A DNA stretch of 64,000 bases. Source: Candidatus Oxydemutator sp. (lineage in GTDB: Bacteria; Pseudomonadota; Gammaproteobacteria; Poriferisulfidales; Oxydemutatoraceae). The notes beneath the pieces are model-generated. The model saw nothing but the letters and a program-made list of their open reading frames with translations. It ran no database searches and was not told the origin of the DNA. The translations under genes were made by a program, and so were the position numbers. Position 1 is the first letter of the stretch, and each line of letters begins with the position of its first letter. Of the stretch, positions 63,701 to 64,000 are shown piece by piece. The stretch spans positions 576,001 to 640,000 of the forward strand of contig OZ241883.1 of the NCBI GenBank assembly GCA_965203445.1, in the 5' to 3' direction.

Positions 63701-64000
63701 CATCGCGCTCGTCCGTAACACGCAACGCAAACGCTATCTCCGTCGCCGAACTCAAACCCGTCGGTATCACAAAGCTCGTAATCCTCGACGACGCATCGCT
63801 CAACGCAACTCCCAGCACCTCCGCACCGCTGGTCTGACTCCACCGATACCTCAACTCCTCGCCCTCAGGATCATAGGCGCTGCCGCGCAATACCACCACG
63901 TCGCCCTCACCCGCAAGCAGATCATCGCCCGCGTCCACCACCGGCGCGTCGTTCGTGCCCGCGCGCACCGTGACCACCACCGTGTTCGTCGTCTGACCAG
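41928..64000 (-). CDS. Giant repetitive adhesin-like surface protein (gene A): >=32 PKD-like domains, 8 GLUG-type beta-helix + Calx-beta modules, extra Calx-beta-like domain, dockerin-like C-terminal domain; 5' end outside the window
   Basis: 7,350-aa ORF in the track with stop TAG at 41930-41928. The frame stays open to the window edge (GQTTNTVVVTVRA at 63998 onward, mid-repeat), so the listed GTG start at 63980 is not the real start. Confidence 0.95.
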   Translation of the reverse strand, partial: GQTTNTVVVTVRAGTNDAPVVDAGDDLLAGEGDVVVLRGSAYDPEGEELRYRWSQTSGAEVLGVALSDASSRITSFVIPTGLSSATEIAFALRVTDERDAATTDDLVVYVELGVNTPPMVDAGSDQVVDEGAEVTLRGSATDTEGGRLLYRWEQTGGIDVGLGNPTSSVATFTAPMQLAETATLVFRLTATDRRNASSSAEVSVEVLPGENDAPTADAGADQVVDEGEMVTLDGTGSSDLEREELGYDWRQVSGRGVTLTNAMSVTATFTAPMQLAETATLVFRLTVTDGRDASSSAEVSVEVLPGENDAPTADAGLDQVVDEGELVTLDGTGSSDLEREELGYDWRQVSGRGVTLTNAQSVTATFTAPEQLAETATLVFRLTVADGRNASSSAEVSVEVLPGPNDAPVVSAGRNQIVGEGEEVVLRGVAFDPENETLGYQWSQTSGQPTVVLSGATSSVATFTSPSGLAEAAVLIFALRATDERGLATTARVAVRVELGTNTPPMVDAGSDQVVDEGAEVTLRGSATDNEGGVLSYRWEQISGGDVVLGNPTSSVATFTAPEQLAETATLVFRLTVTDGRDASSSAEVSVEVLPGENDAPTADAGLDQVVDEGELVTLDGTGSSDLEREELRYDWRQVSGRGVTLTNAQSVTATFTAPMQLAETATLVFRLTVTDGRNASSSAEVSVEVLPGPNDAPVVSAGREQIVGEGEEVVLRGVAFDPENETLGYQWSQTSGQPTVVLSGATSSVATFTSPSGLAEAAVLIFALRATDERGLATTARVAVRVELGTNTPPMVDAGSDQVVDEGAEVTLRGSATDNEGGVLSYRWEQISGGDVVLGNPTSSVATFTAPMQLAETATLVFRLTVTDGRNASSSAEVSVEVLPGENDVPMADAGLDQVVDEGELVTLDGTGSSDLEREELRYDWRQVSGRGVTLTNAMSVTATFTAPMQLAETATLVFRLTVTDGRNASSSAEVSVEVLPGPNDAPVVSAGQDQVVGEGEEVTLRGVAFDPENETLRYQWSQTSGQPTVVLSGATSSVATFTSPSGLAEAAVLGFALRAVDERGLATTARVAVRVELETNTPPVVDAGSDQVVDEGAEVTLRGSATDTEGGVLSYRWEQIGGGDVGLGNPTSSVATFTAPMQLAETATLVFRLTVTDGRNASSSAEVSVEVLPGENDAPTADAGADQVVDEGQLVTLAGDGSDPEDEMLVYGWRQISGSQVSLHDAAARSTTFLAPVQLASSETLTFVLVATDTRGLSSPRERQLSGQTTNTVVITVRPGANDAPVADAGADRMVDEGDVVTLDGVGSDPEDEMLVYGWRQISGSQVSLHDAAARSTTFVAPEQLVSDETLTFVLVATDTRGLSSPVERQLSGQTTNTVVITVRAGENDAPTADAGDDQVVYEGEMVTLDGDGSRDPEREELSYGWRQIGGGRVTLTGAMIGSRTTATFLAPMQLAETATLVFELTVTDARDAVGTDTVSVTVRAGENDAPVADAGADQVVDEGELVTLDGTGSSDLEREELRYDWRQVSGRGVTLTNAQSVTATFTAPMQLAETATLVFRLTVTDGRNASSSAEVSVEVLPGPNDAPVVSAGRNQVVGSSEAVVLRGVAFDLENETLRYQWSQTSGQPTVVLSGATSSVATFTSPSGLAEAAVLIFALRATDERGLATTALVVVRVELGTNTPPVVDAGSDQVVGEGAEVTLRGSATDNEGGVLSYRWEQIGGGDVVLGNPMVAVATFTAPMQLAETATLVFRLTVTDRRDASSSAEVSVEVLPGPNDAPVVSAGQDQVVGEGEEVTLRGVAFDPENETLRYQWSQTSGQPTVMLSGATSSVATFTSPLDAVVLGFALRVTDERGLAATARVVVRVELGANTPPMVDAGSDQVVDEGAEVTLRGSATDTEGGVLSYRWEQIGGGDVVLGNPTSSVATFTAPMQLAETATLVFRLTVTDGRDASSSAEVSVEVLPGPNDAPVADAGADQVVDEGQLVTLAGDGSDPEDEMLVYGWRQISGSQVSLHDAAARSTTFLAPVQLASSETLTFVLVATDTRGLSSPVERQLSDRTTNTVVITVRAGENDAPIADAGDDQVVSEGEMVTLDGDGSRDPEREELSYGWRQIGGGRVTLTGATIGSRTTATFMAPMQLAETATLVFELTVTDARDATGTATVVVEVVPGENDAPTADAGDDQVVDEGDVVTLDGAGSDPEDEMLVYGWRQISGSQVSLYDAGARSTTFVAPVQLVSSETLTFVLVATDTRGLSSPAERQLSDQTTNTVVITVRPGANDAPTADAGFAQVVSEGAVVILDGDASNDPEKEALVYVWSQTRGVRVTLTNAMSVTASFTAPMQLVSDEELEFALRVTDTRGAVSTTATVVVTVRAGANDAPVADAGDDQVVDEGGLVTLDGDGSSDPEREDLTYGWRQIGGGRVTLTGATIGATTTTTTTVTFTAPMQLVETATLVFELTVADARGATDTDTVVVEVRAGANDAPVVDAGDNLLAGEGDVVVLRGSAYDPESEELRYRWSQTSGAEVLGVALSDASSRITSFVIPTGLSSATEIAFALRVTDERGAATTDDLVVYVELGVNTPPVVDAGSDQVVGEGAEVTLRGSATDTEGGRLSYRWEQIGGIDVGLGEPTTNRASFRAPMQLAETATLVFRLTVTDRRDASSSAEVSVEVLPGPNDAPTADAGDDQVVDEGQLVTLAGVGSDPEDEMLVYGWRQISGSQVSLHDAAARSTTFLAPVQLASSETLTFVLVATDTRGLSSPRERQLSGQTTNTVVITVRPGANDAPVADAGADQMVDEGEVVTLAGTGSDPEEEVLEYGWRQISGSQVSLRDAAARSTTFVAPEQLVSDETLTFVLVATDTRGLSSPRERQLSGQTTNTVVITVRAGPNDAPTADAGDDQVVYEGEMVTLDGDGSDPENEMLVYGWRQISGSQVSLHDAAARSTTFVAPEQLVSDETLTFVLVATDTRGLSSPRERQLSGQTTNTVVITVRAGANAAPVADAGADQMVDEGDVVTLAGVGRDPENEMLVYGWRQISGSQVSLHDAAARSTTFVAPEQLVSSETLTFVLVATDTRGLSSPVERQLSGQTTNTVVITVRAGANDAPMVDAGSDVIVREGDVVALRGVADDPEGEELTYRWRQLSGTVVEVTGATSETATFAVPRAAVAETLVFELTVADARGATGVDTVTVKVRDRVDYDFDDDNLIEVATTSQLAAIGHDLGGAGLAGVSSANEAAYRAYRAAFPLYDEMETCPGTCIGYELSADLDLSDIPNWEPIGGNVPLRDFPGDAYTAVFEGNGHVIKNLTMYHDVPPGNPAAVPTQIGLFGAVNGSGVIRNVGLRNVQVHGGYFVGALVGDNGDRGEVVASYVIGGSVSGVASVGGLVGSHYGGRLVASYAAVRVHGIESGVGGLTGDADGASVVSASYSVGLVEAESGTAFVGGLIGNRVAGSVVESSYFDVQRSLRASCCGRNPGDLNNVAPRTSYQLRTPTTAAGTIYEGWDKLNVDDVDQGGDVDYNDDSPWDFGSAFDYPVLVFGGATETRQARSRSQQEAQPQVSLAPTLIGSETVSEGGTASYVVRLPMVLPAGVRATWDWAVGGGEADAADFVNTTGTVVIRSGAVSASFSVVVRDDADTESFETMVVALSNARLTGAGVPARGVRLGVPAPVRTVIDPSDGVEKDYDVDGDTLIEVATTSQLAAIRHDLGGVGVTGVGDANNVAYRRAFPFFDEASCPGACTGYELSADLDLSDVADWTPLGGGGTPDAYTAVFEGNGHVISNLRMSGGGVYGTGLFGIVGADGRIRNVGLRNAQVDLGRSSTYTGALVGRNEGKVAASYVSGGRISGASGVGGLIGGHYGSLVASYADVEVHAEASNAGGLVGEAGAASVVSASYSVGIPTGGGLVGGLIGNRVAGAAVESSYFDKERSLRSSCCGTNAHGLDDVVAKTSSDLLFPLTATGTIYAGWDKLNVDDVDQGSDGDLNDDAPWDFGTKFDYPVLVFGGATDTEVARRTSQRETQREISLTPTFAGSETVSEGGTASYVVRFPGALPAGVTASWNWAVGGNQVNADDFDGRTSGSVVIASGASSASFSVRVRDDVITELSEVMVVALSDAMLTGAPARVSLGVPVSVRTTIEARGEIDYDLDDDTLIEVATTSQLSAIRYDLGGAGLAGVSSANEAAYRAYLAAFPLYDEMETCPGTCTGYELSADLDLSSVNPAPGPGWTPLGGGVSSFGELLGGIYTAVFEGNGHVISNLRMVRDGHWFSMGLFGTVGRDGRIRNVGLRNAQVSLGSGGRFAGALVGINLGKVAASYVIGGRISGVFEVGGLIGGHFGSLVASYADVEVHTNASGAGGLIGEVGAASVVSASYSVGRLTGGTVGGLIGIAHRDVVVESSYFDGERSGLSRCCGVNPPSPDDTSKTSSQLRVPTTAAGTLYAGWDQLNVDDVARAGGGDLNDDAPWDFGTVFDYPVLVFGGATETRAMRRTSQQQAQPQVILAATLTGSVTVSEGEAASYVVSLPEVLPTGASVRWDWVVGGDEVSIADFVGTTGSVVIPSGAVSASFSVAVRADAVTELSEVMVVTLSSAMPTGAPARARLGVPVSVMTTIEASDQMDYDLDNDTLIEVATTSQLAAIRHDLGGDGLAGVSSANEAAYRAYRAAFPHYNEMETCPGTCTGYELSADLDLSGIPDWTPLGGGVRLEDLPGDVYTAVFEGNGHVISNLRVVRNVHERWFHVGLFGNVGLGGRIRNVGLRNARMSLGRDSEGAGALVGTNQGKVAASYVSGGRISGGISVGGLIGINGGEVVASYADVEVHAGGANAGGLVGSDHSEGAVTASYSIGRPTGASANGLIGSRVTGSVVESSYFDKERSGQSRCCGRNSPSPDNTSKTSTELLFPTTVTDTIYAGWDKLNVDDVDQGRDGDLNDDAPWDFGSVFDYPVLVFGGATETEAMRRTSQQQARPEVILTPTLAGSATGPEGGIASYVVRFPAALPAGASARWSWAVGGGEVDADDFVGTTVGSVVIAAGAASASFVLRVRADGEIEMPEVMVVALSNARLAGAPQGVGLGVPLPVSTTIEFSDGIDYDEDDDTLIEVATTSQLAAIRYDLGGAGIAGVSKTNKSAYFAAFPLFGAPQTCPSTCTGYELSADLDLSSVNPAPGPGWTPIGGEVSRIRDLLGQERYTAVFEGNGHVISNLRMVRDRQSLSMGLFGAVGADGRIRNVGLRNARVSLSNDGRGIGALVGFNLGEVAASYVIGGRIGGPSVDSVGGLIGDHRGGRLVASYAAVDVHADVDVGGLVGQAGYGSVTSASYFVGTLTGRNAVGGLTGSRHIRAVMESSYFDGQRSGLSRCCGLHPLSPDDTSRPSHQLHVPTTAAGTLYAGWDRLNVDGVARADDGDLNDDAPWDFGGVFDYPVLVFGGATETRAMRRTSQQEAQRVILTPVLTGSETTSEGGTASYVVRLPLVLPAGVRASWDWSVGGDVDADDFVGTTGNVAIASGAVSASFSVTVLDDDAPEPSEVLVISLAGARLTGVPARVSLGVPVPVMTAIEASDQIDYDADDDNLIEVATTSQLAAIRHDLGGAGLAGVSSANEAAYRAYLAAFPRYDETRTCPGTCAGYELSADLDLSSVNPAPGPGWTPLGGGVPRAVPGDAYTAVFEGNGHVIRNLRVARDGEWQIGLFGRVGAGGVIRNVGLHNARVEMGGDSLFIGALVGDNEGEVLASYVIGGRVSGNAGVGGLIGGHYAGRLVASYADVEVRADGANVGGLIGEAGGASVVSASYSVGRVTGIYPIGGLIGNRVAGAVVESSYFDRERSRQSGCCGSRASHQLRAPTTAVGTLYAGWDKLHVDDVDQGDDGDYNDDAPWDFGTVFDYPVLVFGGATETMAMRRTSQQQAQPQVILAATLTGSVTVSEGEAASYVVSLPEVLPAGATVSWDWVVGGDEVSIADFVGTTGVVVIGSGAVSASFSVEVFDDAIPEFSEVMVVTLSSAMPTGAPARARLGVPVSVMTIIEASDEVDYDLDNDTLIEVATTSQLAAIRHDLGGAGLTGVSGDANRDEYLDAFPVFGQLQTCPTTCTGYELSADLDLSSIPNWEPIGGGITQAPWNYVPPERRYQAVFEGNGHVISNVTIRSANNGAARFDSVGFFGAVGVTGRIRNVGLNNVHTDVPGGSIGAGALAGYNAGKVAACYVVGDVRQVHGGWALGGLVGKLDGGVVIASYTDVPVNQRSPGESVGGLIGGVSKGGIVSASYAVSRLTGDGGSPSGFPSGGLVGDHSSGTIQVSYFDEGRSGQSDCCGSHVPATDDAPRTSAQLRAPTAAAGTIYEGWDRLNVDGLDQGRDGDYNDDAPWDFGGAFDYPVLVFGGATETQAARRTSQQQAQPEVDFAPTLTGSTVVSEGGTASYVVRLPGALPAGARASWSWAVGGGEVDADDFVGTTAGSVVIEAGASSASFLLIVRADGEPELSEVLVVTLTDARLTGVPADVSIGGPVSIRTTIELSDGTDYDDDNDTLIDVATTSQLAAIRYDLGGAGIAGVVGKANRLAYFAAFPFFDAKQTCPSTCTGYELSADLDLSSVNPAPGAGWTPLGGGGDSLLDNYYTAVFEGNGHVISNLRVVRGGRLSHAGLFGAVGAVGTVRNVGLRDAWISLGDHSTYIGALVGRNEGKVVASYVSGGRISGVWAVGGLIGGNYGGLVASYAGVEVHAEGANAGGLVGEAGVASVVSASYSVGKPTGSGIVGGLIGNRMVGAVVESSYFDRERSVQSDCCGSNVLSPDNTSKTSNQLRVPTTAAGTIYEGWDKLNVDGLDQGRDGDYNDDAPWDFGGVFDYPVLVFGGATDTQAARRTSQQQTQPRVILAPTLAGSTVVVEGGTASYVVRLPEALPPGVSARWSWAVGGEVDADDFVGTTAGNVVIAAGAASASFVLRVRADGVIEPPEVLAVTLSSARLTGAPADVRLGVPSTVARTTIAVNDPITVAARSATVSENTTATFTITLRGGGDRAVVVEYEITAASGGLTHEDLASVTVTGRAADARSVGSLPFTGSVTLNETGTATIAVRVASDQLENEGRERFRLRLTGCPNCVTHVAELGTPSFADVGIFSERVVVVDARVVLQGALLAETRRMRSDLANLLPRRQPYGALPWGHPVTTTVPHAGAAVGLAGVTSTIVDWVLVELRTGQSTTAAASSRPSTGGRAAGLLLSDGRIAGINEAASSVADALSLDGVRFELKPPEGEHLYVLIHHRNHLPVMSAVPAAATTGADCEADYCVDFRVGQSHGDGQIAVGAGRYAMVAGDVDRNGVIDERDEVLIRVYNLTSLGVADYRAAAAAGHYAVDADVDFDGEVLSADRYFVIENKGRRRTFSVH
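42714..43109 (-). other. Divergent single Calx-beta-like domain of gene A
   Basis: ATVSENTTATFTITL...VEYEI...GSVTL...IAVRVASDQLENEGRERFRLRL, a typical Calx-beta pattern, followed by a CPNC pair. Confidence 0.6.
43110..54407 (-). repeat. Eight GLUG-type beta-helix + Calx-beta modules in gene A (~1.41 kb period)
   Basis: Eight DYDxDxDxLIxVATTSQL starts in the 7,350-aa translation (near 54407, 52960, 51585, 50165, 48760, 47345, 45960, 44505). Confidence 0.9.
54408..64000 (-). repeat. Array of 32 complete PKD-like (KIAA0319/K319L-type) Ig domains, ~97-105 aa each, continuing beyond the window
   Basis: 32 counted units beginning N[DT][AP]PxxxAGxDQxVxEGxxVTLxGxxxDxExxxLxYxWxQxxG...FxAP...FxLxVTD. 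Several subtypes; an 870-bp three-domain period is visible (marker ORFs 60533/61403/62273). Confidence 0.88.

Noticed and set aside
648-63730. Short Arg/Gly-rich minus-strand ORFs
   Set aside because: Alternative-frame translations inside the giant CDSs.
63978-63980. GTG start of gene A given in the ORF track
   Set aside because: It lies mid-repeat and the frame is open to the window edge.
1-64000. Diversity-generating retroelement as the source of variation
   Set aside because: No reverse transcriptase or template repeat in the window. The variation includes indels and segment swaps rather than adenine-only substitution. A trans-acting element elsewhere cannot be excluded.

Overview
The whole window is two tandem giant genes on the minus strand, separated by about 310-340 bp of AT-rich intergenic DNA. 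Gene A (41928..>64000, >7,350 aa, 5' end outside the window) has 32 PKD-like Ig domains, then 8 copies of a ~470-aa [GLUG-type beta-helix + Calx-beta] module, an extra Calx-beta-like domain and a ~260-aa C-terminal domain ending in a dockerin-like Ca-loop pair. Gene B (41587..<1, >13,860 aa) is absent from the ORF track, apparently because it has no stop codon in the window. It has a Sec-type signal peptide, 2 PKD-like domains and at least 29 of the same modules. A 27-nt poly-G tract sits exactly at the start of gene B, between an ATG (out of frame at this tract length) and the signal-peptide codons, which suggests a phase-variation switch. The modules have constant frameworks and hypervariable loops that recur in different combinations within and between the two genes. 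My interpretation (inference) is a switchable, recombination-diversified repertoire of binding domains on giant surface proteins. The other ORFs in the track are antisense or alternative-frame shadows. No RNA genes, mobile elements, CRISPR arrays or enzymes were recognised. Domain names come from motif recognition, not database searches.
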